From the NCBI GenBank assembly GCA_039931335.1, contig JBDTSA010000002.1:1-19997 (forward strand): a DNA stretch of 19,997 nt, in the 5' to 3' direction. This document shows positions 1 to 6,915 of the stretch, piece by piece; within the stretch, counting starts at the first letter, position 1; each line of letters starts with the position of its first letter. The notes beneath the pieces are model-generated. The model had not been told where the DNA came from. It worked only from the letters and a program-made list of their open reading frames with translations, and did no database searches. Origin of the DNA: Acidobacteriota bacterium (GTDB lineage Bacteria > Acidobacteriota > Blastocatellia > Pyrinomonadales > Pyrinomonadaceae). The position numbers and the translations under genes were made by a program.

Positions 1-126
1 GCTCCACCCTAGGCTTCAATGTGCGTCGCCTTTGGCGACCGTCTGAATTTGAAAAGACCGTCTTTTCAGACACCCTCTTTTATTTTGAATTTTGCGCACC
101 GCCCTGTTTGGGATAAATTTAATCAC

Positions 127-303
127 ATGACACTTAGTCCAGAACTTCTAGAGATTCTTCGCTGCCCGAAATGCAAATCCGAGGTCGAAATGAAATCTGA
201 CCGTAGCGGTTTGAAATGCGTCAATCCGGAGTGCGCCCTCGTCTATCCGATTCGCGACGACATTCCGGTGATGCTGATCGACGAGGCAACGATCGAGAAT
301 TGA
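127..303 (+). CDS. Trm112/YcaR (UPF0434) family small zinc-ribbon protein, 58 aa
   Basis: The translation MTLSPELLEILRCPKCKSEV...CVNPECALVYPIRDDIPVMLIDEA has the CPxC...C..C plus IPVML pattern of YcaR/Trm112. I start it at ATG 127, because the 36 residues from ATG 19 look like non-coding read-through. Two hairpins and T-rich sequence lie at 25-85. Confidence 0.8.
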   Translation: MTLSPELLEILRCPKCKSEVEMKSDRSGLKCVNPECALVYPIRDDIPVMLIDEATIEN

Positions 304-407
304 TAACTGGGAAATGAAGATTGAGAAACGGAAACTGTCCCTCAAGCAAACTATTGACTTCTCATCTCCGATTTCGCATATCTCGCTTCTCACTTATCAT
401 TTAGCCG

Positions 408-1460
408 ATGGATGTTGACTGGAAGTCTGTAAAGCGCGTGCTCCTCGTTCGGCTCCGCTCGATCGGCGACACCGTTCTTTCCACGCCATCGCTTATCGCT
501 CTGAAACGTTTTCTTCCGGATGCACAAATCGACATACTCCTCGAGGATTGGGTCGCGCCAATTTTGGAGGGGTTCGAAGCCGTTGATGACATCCTGACAG
601 TCGGCGGCGGGATCACTTCACGATTGGCGGCTGCGAGGGAAATTCGCCGAAGAAAATACGACGTCGTTATTAACATCCACGGTGGGACGACTGCTACTTT
701 TTTTGCTGCCGCATCGGGAGCGCCACATCGTGTCGGTTACTCAAATTATCAGTACGCGTTTCTTTACAACCATCTGCTATCTTCACCGTCGGACTTCTGG
801 AAGCGAGATGCGACACACTCGGCCGAACAGCAGCTAGCGTTACTCGGGTTCGTCGGGATACCTGTCGATGATCGTCCGAAGAGCCGACTCGCGATCACCG
901 ATTCCGCGACTAGATCGCTTAATTTAAAACTAAGCGACGCTCAAATTCCCTCGATCGAGCTGGAAAAACCTTTTGCGATCATCCATCCGATCGCGGCTTC
1001 GAAAACGAAAGAGTGGGATCTCGAAAAATTTGCCCGCGCCGCCGAGTTCTTCAACGAGAAAGAAATTTCTACGATCGCTGTTGGCACTGATGATCAAGAG
1101 CAATCATTGACTCGCCTCAGATCTTTATCCGGAGCGCCGGTTCATATACTGACGAATCTTACGCTGCCTGAATTAGCGGCCTTTGCAGCACGAGCGCGAG
1201 TGTTCGTGGGAAATGACTCGGGCGTCGCGCACATCGCTGCAGCGGTCCAGACACCCAGCGTCGTTATTTTTGGGTCGTCGAATCGGGATCATTGGAGGCC
1301 CTGGACCGACGCGCCGAACGAGGTCGTCTTCGAACAGTTCGCCTGTCAGCCTTGCCCGGGATACGAGTGTAAAGAGTTTGGGGAACCACTCTGCATCCAA
1401 ACGCTTGGAATCGAAAAGGTGTTTGCCGCGATCGATCGGGTCCTGAAGGCAAGCTCATAA
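408..1460 (+). CDS. Glycosyltransferase family 9 (ADP-heptose:LPS heptosyltransferase-like)
   Basis: 350 aa. The N-terminus (VLLVRLRSIGDTVLSTPSLIALKRFLPDAQIDIL) and C-terminal part (FVGNDSGVAHIAAAVQTPSVVIFG) are typical RfaF/RfaC-type GT9 motifs. Heptose specificity is not established. Confidence 0.8.
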   Translation: MDVDWKSVKRVLLVRLRSIGDTVLSTPSLIALKRFLPDAQIDILLEDWVAPILEGFEAVDDILTVGGGITSRLAAAREIRRRKYDVVINIHGGTTATFFAAASGAPHRVGYSNYQYAFLYNHLLSSPSDFWKRDATHSAEQQLALLGFVGIPVDDRPKSRLAITDSATRSLNLKLSDAQIPSIELEKPFAIIHPIAASKTKEWDLEKFARAAEFFNEKEISTIAVGTDDQEQSLTRLRSLSGAPVHILTNLTLPELAAFAARARVFVGNDSGVAHIAAAVQTPSVVIFGSSNRDHWRPWTDAPNEVVFEQFACQPCPGYECKEFGEPLCIQTLGIEKVFAAIDRVLKASS

Positions 1461-1488
1461 AAAAGGCGGGATGGCCCGCCTCTTCTTC
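1459..1488. terminator. Bidirectional intrinsic terminator between convergent genes
   Basis: Stem GGCGGG (1465-1470), loop ATGG, stem CCCGCC (1475-1480). An A-run lies upstream and TCTTCTTC downstream. It sits between the GT9 stop (1460) and the stop of the BON gene (1507). Confidence 0.6.
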
Positions 1489-1506
1489 GTTCGATAGTAC
1501 CGAGAG

Positions 1507-2034
1507 TTATTTCTTTCCGGTCGTGTTGGACGACATGTTTGTCACTGAATCGTTCGGCGCAACCTTCAGCTCGTTCTTCACGCTTTTTACGTCTTTAATG
1601 CCTTTAGCGACTTCTTCAGCTTTTGCTTTTTGAGCCGCTGTTGCGACGCTGCCCTTCAAAGTTACAACGTCATTTACCACGTCAACGTTGATCGTCGACT
1701 CGCGCAGGTCGCTTGTGGTTAGAAGCGCGGCACGGGTCTTGAACCAAAGCCAGCTGTCGTTAACTCCCGAACCGATCGTGCTTGAGCCCTTTTCACGCTC
1801 ATAATCCGCACGACTCTTGTCATATTCTTCCCGCGTTACATTGGTATTGCTCCAGCGGTTCGCATTCATATTTGTATTGCTGTTGACAACGATCGCCCCT
1901 GTGTTCGCATTGTTTGCTCCCAGGTTTGTGACGTTTGCCCGTGAATTATTCATATTGGTCGATGCGCCGCCGCATCCCACCATCCCCGCTACCGCAAGAG
2001 TTGCCGCAGCGAAACTAATAAGTTGAATTTTCAT
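1507..2034 (-). CDS. BON-domain lipoprotein (OsmY-like) with Asn-rich linker
   Basis: The N-terminus MKIQLISFAAATLAVAGMVGCGG is a lipoprotein signal with a lipobox Cys. An Asn-rich low-complexity stretch follows. The C-terminal part (TRAALLTTSDLRESTINVDVVNDVVTLKGSVATAAQKAKAEEVAKGIKDVKSVKNELKV) looks like a BON domain. A GGAGG Shine-Dalgarno lies 6-7 nt upstream (2041-2046 on the plus strand). Confidence 0.75.
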   Translation of the reverse strand: MKIQLISFAAATLAVAGMVGCGGASTNMNNSRANVTNLGANNANTGAIVVNSNTNMNANRWSNTNVTREEYDKSRADYEREKGSSTIGSGVNDSWLWFKTRAALLTTSDLRESTINVDVVNDVVTLKGSVATAAQKAKAEEVAKGIKDVKSVKNELKVAPNDSVTNMSSNTTGKK

Positions 2035-2057
2035 TTTTAACCTCCAGTCTTCTCAAT

Positions 2058-2099
2058 AAAAAAAGGCCCGTGTAGTGAATGACTACACATGGTTGAGCC
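2058..2099 (-). terminator. Intrinsic-terminator-like hairpin plus U7 inside the 5' leader of the BON gene (candidate attenuator or sRNA 3' end)
   Basis: Read on the minus strand: GGCTC-AACCAT-GTGTAGT-CATTC-ACTACAC-GGGCC-TTTTTTT. The inner stem is 7 bp and the outer stem 5 bp (one G-U), followed by a run of 7 T. It ends about 12 nt before the GGAGG ribosome-binding site of the BON gene. Confidence 0.5.
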
Positions 2100-2224
2100 C
2101 CCCTACCCTCGAGCAAGAGCCATACCACTTGAGGTCTCAAGTCCGTATCATCCGTTCAAGCTGATTGCACCTAGGTTTCCGAGCTTCAGTAGGCTCGTCT
2201 CCGGTCTAAAAAGCCCGCATATCT

Positions 2225-2253
2225 TTGACACAAATGCGTTCAGCACCTATTAT
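2225..2253 (+). promoter_or_regulatory. Sigma-70-type promoter for ffh
   Basis: TTGACA (2225-2230), a 17-bp spacer, then TATTAT (2248-2253), about 37 nt upstream of the ffh ATG. Confidence 0.5.
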
Positions 2254-2289
2254 TTATAGTTTCGACTCTATGAGCCGAAGTCTGTTTAT

Positions 2290-3789
2290 ATGTTCGAATC
2301 GCTGTCCGATAAGCTGAAAAAGACGCTCAAGAATCTGCGTGGGCAGGGCAAACTGACGGCCGAGCACGTCGACGCAGCTTTGCGCGAGATCCGGATGGCG
2401 TTGCTCGAGGCCGACGTTAACTACAAAGTCGCGAAGGACTTTGTCGAATCTGTCAGAGCTAAGGCCGAGGGACAAGAGGTTTGGCAGGGACTGAATCCGC
2501 ACGAGCAGGTTGTAAAGCTCGTCTATGACGAGCTTGTAAACCTGATGGGCGGAACGTCCTCGAGGCTGGTTTTTACAAAACAGATACCAAACGTTGTGAT
2601 GGTCGTCGGGCTTCAGGGCTCCGGTAAGACTACGTCGACCGGTAAGATCTCGAAATGGCTGGCAGAGAACCAGGAGCGGAAGCCGTTGTTGGTCTCTGTT
2701 GACGTGTACCGTCCGGCGGCCCGTGAGCAGCTCAAGGTTGTCGCGAATGCCGTTGGGCAGGCTGTCTATCAGGATAAGGAATCGAACGATCCGATGACGC
2801 TTGTGCGTGGTGCAATGAAGCACGCGCAAGAACTCGGATACGACACGTTGATGATCGACACGGCCGGCCGTCTTCACGTAGACGACGAGCTGATGGTCGA
2901 GCTCGAGAAGATCAAGGCCGAGACAAAGCCGATCGAAGTCCTTTTCGTCGCAGACGCGATGACGGGTCAGGACGCGGTTCGCTCAGCAGAAGTTTTCCAC
3001 GAACGTGTTGGGATCACCGGTGTCGTTTTGACGAAGATGGACGGTGACGCACGCGGCGGCGCGGCTCTGTCGATTCGTCAGGTCATCGGGCAGCCGGTTA
3101 AGTTCGTCGGCGTCGGCGAGAAATACGACGCGATCGAGCCGTTTTATCCGGACCGCATCGCACAGCGGATCCTCGGCATGGGCGACGTCCTCACGCTGAT
3201 CGAGGAAGTTCAAGGCAAGATCAGCGAGGAAGAAGCACAGGCTCAGCTCGCGAAAATGACGCGTAATCAATTTACGCTTGAAGATTTTCGCAGCCAGCTC
3301 GGCCAATTCAAAAAACTCGGCTCGATGTCGAAGCTGATGAAGATGCTGCCCGAACAGATGACGGGCGGTATGCAGATAACTGATGAGCAGTCGGCCGAAG
3401 TGGATGTTCAGATGAAACTCACCGAGGCGATCATCGATTCGATGACAAAGCTCGAACGGAACGATCATCGTGTGTTCGATGCCAGCCGCAAGACTCGAGT
3501 CGCGCGCGGATCGGGTTCGACGATCGCAGAAGTGAATCAGCTTCTCCGCCAGTACGAACAGATGCGCAAGATGATGGCGCAGATGAATCGTGGCGGCGGC
3601 TTGCTCGGCGGGCTCGGTAGAAAGATGATGGGTGGCCTTGCCGGTGGATTGGGCGGAATGCTCGGCGGGGGCGGGATGCCGGGACTAAGTGGAATGTTGG
3701 GAAGCGGCGCGGAAAACGGCGCGGACGAATCGAACGGTTCGACTGCCAAAAGCGTTAAGAAAAAGAAGAGACACAAGAAGAGAAAATAG
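2290..3789 (+). CDS. ffh: Signal recognition particle protein Ffh (SRP54)
   Basis: 499 aa. The N domain is MFESLSDKLKKTLKNLRGQGKLT. GTPase motifs GLQGSGKTT, DTAGRL and TKMDGDARGGAALS are present, as is a Met-rich M domain. The tail is an unusually long Gly/Met-rich stretch ending in a polybasic run. Confidence 0.95.
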   Translation: MFESLSDKLKKTLKNLRGQGKLTAEHVDAALREIRMALLEADVNYKVAKDFVESVRAKAEGQEVWQGLNPHEQVVKLVYDELVNLMGGTSSRLVFTKQIPNVVMVVGLQGSGKTTSTGKISKWLAENQERKPLLVSVDVYRPAAREQLKVVANAVGQAVYQDKESNDPMTLVRGAMKHAQELGYDTLMIDTAGRLHVDDELMVELEKIKAETKPIEVLFVADAMTGQDAVRSAEVFHERVGITGVVLTKMDGDARGGAALSIRQVIGQPVKFVGVGEKYDAIEPFYPDRIAQRILGMGDVLTLIEEVQGKISEEEAQAQLAKMTRNQFTLEDFRSQLGQFKKLGSMSKLMKMLPEQMTGGMQITDEQSAEVDVQMKLTEAIIDSMTKLERNDHRVFDASRKTRVARGSGSTIAEVNQLLRQYEQMRKMMAQMNRGGGLLGGLGRKMMGGLAGGLGGMLGGGGMPGLSGMLGSGAENGADESNGSTAKSVKKKKRHKKRK

Positions 3790-3812
3790 TGAATGGAAAA
3801 GATCCGGGTTTT

Positions 3813-3840
3813 CTATTTGCTATTTGCGATTTACTATTCA
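3813..3840. repeat. Degenerate heptamer tandem repeat in the ffh-rpsP spacer
   Basis: CTATTTG CTATTTG CGATTTA CTATTCA, four consecutive 7-mers ending 10 nt before the rpsP ATG. Confidence 0.6.
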
Positions 3841-3850
3841 CGAGAAAATT

Positions 3851-4102
3851 ATGTTAGCAATAAGCTTGATGAGAATAGGCGCAAAGGGGAAACCCTTTTA
3901 TCGCCTTGTTGTAAAGGAAAAGCGGTCGAAGCGCGATGGTAAGTATCTTGAAAATCTCGGTACGTACGATCCGATGGTAAACCCGGCGGCGGTAGATCTA
4001 AAGCATGAACGCATTCAGTACTGGATCAGCGTCGGTGCTAAGCCCACGGAAACGGTCGCGAGCTTGATCAAGAACAATCCGGCCCCGACGGCGGAAGTTT
4101 AG
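3851..4102 (+). CDS. rpsP: 30S ribosomal protein S16
   Basis: The translation MLAISLMRIGAKGKPFYRLVVKEKRSKRDGKYLENLGTYDP...IQYWISVGAKPTETV is a canonical S16. I start it at ATG 3851. The longer ORF from 3689 overlaps the ffh tail. Confidence 0.9.
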   Translation: MLAISLMRIGAKGKPFYRLVVKEKRSKRDGKYLENLGTYDPMVNPAAVDLKHERIQYWISVGAKPTETVASLIKNNPAPTAEV

Positions 4103-4112
4103 AGATTCTAGT

Positions 4113-4217
4113 GAGTCTGTCGAGTCTGTCGAGTCTATCGAGTCTATCGAGTCGATCGGGCTCGACAGACTCGACAGACTCGACAGACTCGACAGACTCA
4201 ACGGACTCGAGAGACTC
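4113..4217. repeat. Palindromic array of 9-bp tandem repeats: (GAGTCTGTC-type)x5 then (GACAGACTC-type)x6
   Basis: Left arm, 4113-4157: GAGTCTGTC x2, GAGTCTATC x2, GAGTCGATC. Centre: GGGCTC. Right arm, 4164-4217: GACAGACTC x4, AACGGACTC, GAGAGACTC. The right unit is the exact reverse complement of the left unit. The array fills the rpsP-KH spacer and abuts ATG 4218. Confidence 0.95.
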
Positions 4218-4454
4218 ATGAAAGAAGCGGTTGAGAAAATCGTAAAGGCTCTGGTCGGCGACGCCGATGCGGTCGAGATCACTGAGCAATCGGACGGTGG
4301 AAAGACCGTTAAATTCGGTGTGCGCGTCGCGCCCGACGATTTTGGCCGACTGATCGGGCGCCAAGGCCGTACGATCAAGGCGATTCGCAGCATTCTCTAC
4401 TTCGCCGGTCTTAAGCACGGGAAACGATTTCATCTCGATCTGATCGAAGGATAG
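4218..4454 (+). CDS. KH-domain RNA-binding protein (UPF0109, YlqC-like)
   Basis: 78 aa containing GRLIGRQGRTIKAIRSIL (a GxxG KH motif). It occupies the conserved position between rpsP and rimM. Confidence 0.85.
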   Translation: MKEAVEKIVKALVGDADAVEITEQSDGGKTVKFGVRVAPDDFGRLIGRQGRTIKAIRSILYFAGLKHGKRFHLDLIEG

Positions 4455-4470
4455 AGTTCGCGTCTCCAGG

Positions 4471-4983
4471 ATGGAAGAGCTCGTAGCAATCGCGAAGATC
4501 GTGAAACCACGCGGACTTCGAGGCGAGGTTCTTGCGGAAGTCCTGACGGATTTCCCGGAACGGTTCGAAGGGTTGGAAAAGGTTGTCGGGGTGTCCGTAG
4601 ACGGAACGCGTGCCGATTTGAAAATTGAAGACTTCTGGTTTCAGAAGGATCGCATCGTTCTCCGTTTTGATGGATTCGACTCCGTCGAAAAGGCGCAGGC
4701 TCTGAGAGGGCTCGAGATCTGCATTCACGAGTCAGCTGCCGCGGAACTCGATGAAGGAGAGTTTTTTGATTGGCAGCTTGAGGGATGCGCGGTTGAGACG
4801 ATCGAGGGCGAGCCGATCGGGTTAGTGCGGGAGTTGATGCGAACGGGCGGAACTGAAATTCTCGTCGTCGAAAGCGGGGCACGTAAATATCTGATTCCAT
4901 TTGCTGAGTCGATCTGCACCGAAGTCGATATTGAAAAGAAGTTAATTCGAGTCGATCCGCCCGAAGGACTCCTTGAATTTTAG
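4471..4983 (+). CDS. rimM: Ribosome maturation factor RimM
   Basis: 170 aa. The N-terminus has IAKIVKPRGLRGEV and the C-terminus has a PRC-barrel-like LIPFAESICTEVDIEKKLIRVDPPEGLL. Operon context supports the call. Confidence 0.9.
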   Translation: MEELVAIAKIVKPRGLRGEVLAEVLTDFPERFEGLEKVVGVSVDGTRADLKIEDFWFQKDRIVLRFDGFDSVEKAQALRGLEICIHESAAAELDEGEFFDWQLEGCAVETIEGEPIGLVRELMRTGGTEILVVESGARKYLIPFAESICTEVDIEKKLIRVDPPEGLLEF

Positions 4984-5042
4984 ATTTTGGATTTCGGATT
5001 TTGGATTGAAAGATCGAAAAGCGAAGATCGCAAATCCAAAAT
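4984..5042. repeat. GGATTTT-family heptamer repeats plus an inverted copy in the rimM-trmD spacer
   Basis: ATTTTGG ATTTCGG ATTTTGG ATTGAAA (4984-5011), then AAGATCG..AAGATCG, then the inverted copy AAATCCAAAAT (5032-5042) running into the trmD ATG. Positions 4984-4994 can pair perfectly (11 bp) with 5032-5042. Confidence 0.75.
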
Positions 5043-5754
5043 GAGAATAGACGTTCTTACAATTTTTCCGGAGTTTTTTGCTCAGGTCTTTGATTTTGGA
5101 ATAATTCGCCGGGCGAAGCTCGCCGGTATCGTCGAGATCAATGTTCACGATATCCGCCAGTACGCGACCGACAAGCATAAGATGGTCGACGACAGGCCAT
5201 TCGGCGGTGGGGACGGAATGGTTCTGAAACCCGAACCGATCTTCGCCGCAATTGAAAATTTGCTCGGGACGACTGATCCGGCTGCTTACGCTGATGGCAC
5301 TTCAGTTGTTTTGCTTTCGCCGCAGGGTTCGCCATTACAGCAATCGATGGCGAAGATAATCGCCGACGAAACGAAGCATCTCATTCTGATCTGCGGCCGA
5401 TACGAGGGCGTTGATGAGCGCGTGACGGAGACGCTTGTCACCGAAGAGATCTCGATCGGCGACTACGTTCTTTCTGGTGGAGAGCCGGCGGCGGTAGTAT
5501 TGGCAGACGCAATCGTGCGGCTGCTGCCGGATGCTTTAGGCAGCGATACGTCCGCGGAGAATGATTCCTTTTCGGACGGGATGCTCGATTATCCGCACTA
5601 CACCCGACCCGCGGAGTTCCGCGGGATGAAAGTTCCGGAAGTGCTCTTGAACGGCAATCACGGCGAGATCGAAAACTGGCGGCGTCAGAAAGCCCTCGAA
5701 AAGACGAGGTTAAAGAGAAAGGATTTATTGGAAGGAGAAAAGGGTGAAATGTGA
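5041..5754 (+). CDS. trmD: tRNA (guanine37-N1)-methyltransferase TrmD
   Basis: The translation MRIDVLTIFPEFF...DDRPFGGGDGMVLKPEP...ICGRYEGVDERV...SIGDYVLSGGE is a canonical TrmD. I start it at ATG 5041. The track's TTG 4987 start lies inside the repeat. Confidence 0.95.
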   Translation: MRIDVLTIFPEFFAQVFDFGIIRRAKLAGIVEINVHDIRQYATDKHKMVDDRPFGGGDGMVLKPEPIFAAIENLLGTTDPAAYADGTSVVLLSPQGSPLQQSMAKIIADETKHLILICGRYEGVDERVTETLVTEEISIGDYVLSGGEPAAVVLADAIVRLLPDALGSDTSAENDSFSDGMLDYPHYTRPAEFRGMKVPEVLLNGNHGEIENWRRQKALEKTRLKRKDLLEGEKGEM

Positions 5755-5793
5755 ATACCGCCGACTCGGTATTGACCTCTGGCCGAAAAATAT

Positions 5794-6165
5794 ATGAATC
5801 GTTTAGATAATGTTGAGAAGACACAATTAAGAGAGAATATCCCGGCGTTCCAGTCCGGCGATACGGTAAAAGTTCACGTCCGAATCCAGGAAGGCAACAA
5901 AGAGCGTCTCCAGGTTTTCGAGGGCGTTGTTATCGCCCGTAAACATGGCGGAGCTCGCGAGAGCATCACCGTTCGCAAGGTGAGCTTCGGCGTAGGAGTC
6001 GAGCGCATCTTCCCGCTCCACGCGACCGTCATCGATCACATCGATGTTGTCCGTCGCGGCAAGGTCCGTCGAGCTAAGCTCTACTACCTTCGCGACCTTC
6101 GCGGCAAGGCTGCACGTATCAAAGAAAAAGACACACGCAACAAGACGGCCCAGGCGTCGAAGTAA
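5794..6165 (+). CDS. rplS: 50S ribosomal protein L19
   Basis: The translation [38 protein letters not shown]...[19 protein letters not shown]...[22 protein letters not shown] is a canonical L19. Confidence 0.95.
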   Translation: MNRLDNVEKTQLRENIPAFQSGDTVKVHVRIQEGNKERLQVFEGVVIARKHGGARESITVRKVSFGVGVERIFPLHATVIDHIDVVRRGKVRRAKLYYLRDLRGKAARIKEKDTRNKTAQASK

Positions 6166-6183
6166 CCAGCGGAGAGTCATCGA

Positions 6184-6915
6184 ATGCGAGACGCGGAAAA
6201 GAGCGGTCCTGTCACTAAAACAGAATCGCCCGACCGCGTCTCTTTGTTTTCCGATTTTGAGATCAAGGGATGCGGCCTCGATTTCGAGCGACAAGCCTGG
6301 GAGAGCGGGTTCAAGTTTGTGGCCGGCATCGACGAGGTCGGCCGCGGCTGTCTCGCAGGTCCCGTTGTCGCCGGCGCCTGCATTCTCGATCCGGCGAAAG
6401 AACTTCCTAGTGGCCTGAACGATTCCAAGCAAGTTGCAACTAAGCAGCGTCATGAGATCGCCGCCGAGCTCAAAGAGATCTGCATTGCGTATGCGTTCGG
6501 CTCGGTAAGCGCCGAGGACATTGATCGGATAAATATTCTCGAGGCGACAAAGCAGGCGATGCGACTCGCCGTCGCCGACCTCAGTCCAACTCCCGATTTC
6601 CTGTTGATCGACGCGCTCGTGCTCAAAGGCGTGACGTTTCCCCAAAAATCCATCATTAAAGGCGACTCGATCTCTGCGTCAATTGCGGCAGCGTCGATCC
6701 TCGCCAAGACCTTCCGCGACGAACTGATGCATGCGTACGAGGCCGAGTATCCGGAATATGGTTTTTCGGAACACGTGGGATATGGGACAAAGCGCCACTT
6801 AGGCGCATTAAAATCACATGGACCCTGCCCGATACACCGTAAAACCTTCCGCGGTGTTCTTCAAAGAGTCGAGATTTCGCTTGCCATCGACGACCAAACG
6901 GGTATAAATATCTAG
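6184..6915 (+). CDS. rnhB: Ribonuclease HII
   Basis: Contains GIDEVGRGCLAGPVVAGACIL, DSKQV, LLIDA, KGDSISASIAAASILAK and GYGT. A GGAGAG Shine-Dalgarno lies upstream. The N-terminal ~45 aa are an extension relative to short RNase HII proteins, so the start is somewhat uncertain. Confidence 0.9.
   Translation: MRDAEKSGPVTKTESPDRVSLFSDFEIKGCGLDFERQAWESGFKFVAGIDEVGRGCLAGPVVAGACILDPAKELPSGLNDSKQVATKQRHEIAAELKEICIAYAFGSVSAEDIDRINILEATKQAMRLAVADLSPTPDFLLIDALVLKGVTFPQKSIIKGDSISASIAAASILAKTFRDELMHAYEAEYPEYGFSEHVGYGTKRHLGALKSHGPCPIHRKTFRGVLQRVEISLAIDDQTGINI

Noticed and set aside
19-126. The track gives longer N-terminal extensions for several ORFs (19..303, 3689..4102, 9197..10135, 17721..18449).
   Set aside because: The extensions overlap upstream genes or lack similarity to the family N-termini. 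Internal ATGs give canonical starts (127, 3851, 9985, 17793).
2100-2230. The spacer next to ffh might encode SRP (4.5S) RNA or a known riboswitch such as c-di-AMP/ydaO.
   Set aside because: I found no GGAAGGAAGCAGC-type SRP domain IV motif on either strand. Only a vague GGTAGGG resemblance to ydaO is present, which is not enough to name a class.
2254-2877. There are long antisense ORFs: 2254..2877(-), 5827..6645(-), 13120..13701(+), 14953..15861(+), 16443..16850(-) and 18676..19194(-).
   Set aside because: Each lies opposite a gene with strong family motifs. Their translations are Arg/Leu/Ser-rich with no motifs, which is typical of shadow ORFs in GC-biased coding DNA.
4068-4217. The nonamer array might be an N-terminal extension of the KH protein, since it is in frame with ATG 4218.
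   Set aside because: The frame is open only from a TGA at 4065-4067. It contains no ATG, GTG or TTG before 4218, and the KH protein from 4218 has a normal N-terminus.
4113-4217. The tandem repeats here, at 3813-3840 and at 18468-18502 might be CRISPR arrays.
   Set aside because: The units are 7-9 bp and directly abutting, with no unique spacers. No cas genes are present.
3998-4433. Minus-strand ORFs 3998..4393 and 4068..4433 contain SLSSLSSLSS, ESVESVESV and DRLDRLDRL.
   Set aside because: The periodic peptides are simply the 9-bp repeat array read in frame. The ORFs are antisense to rpsP and the KH gene, both of which are confidently called.
4987-5040. MDFGFWI... peptides appear at the 5' end of the track's trmD ORF (TTG 4987) and in minus ORF 18042..18497.
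   Set aside because: Both are GGATTTT heptamer repeats read as codons. TrmD has a canonical MRIDVLT start at 5041. The minus ORF is antisense to the redoxin gene.
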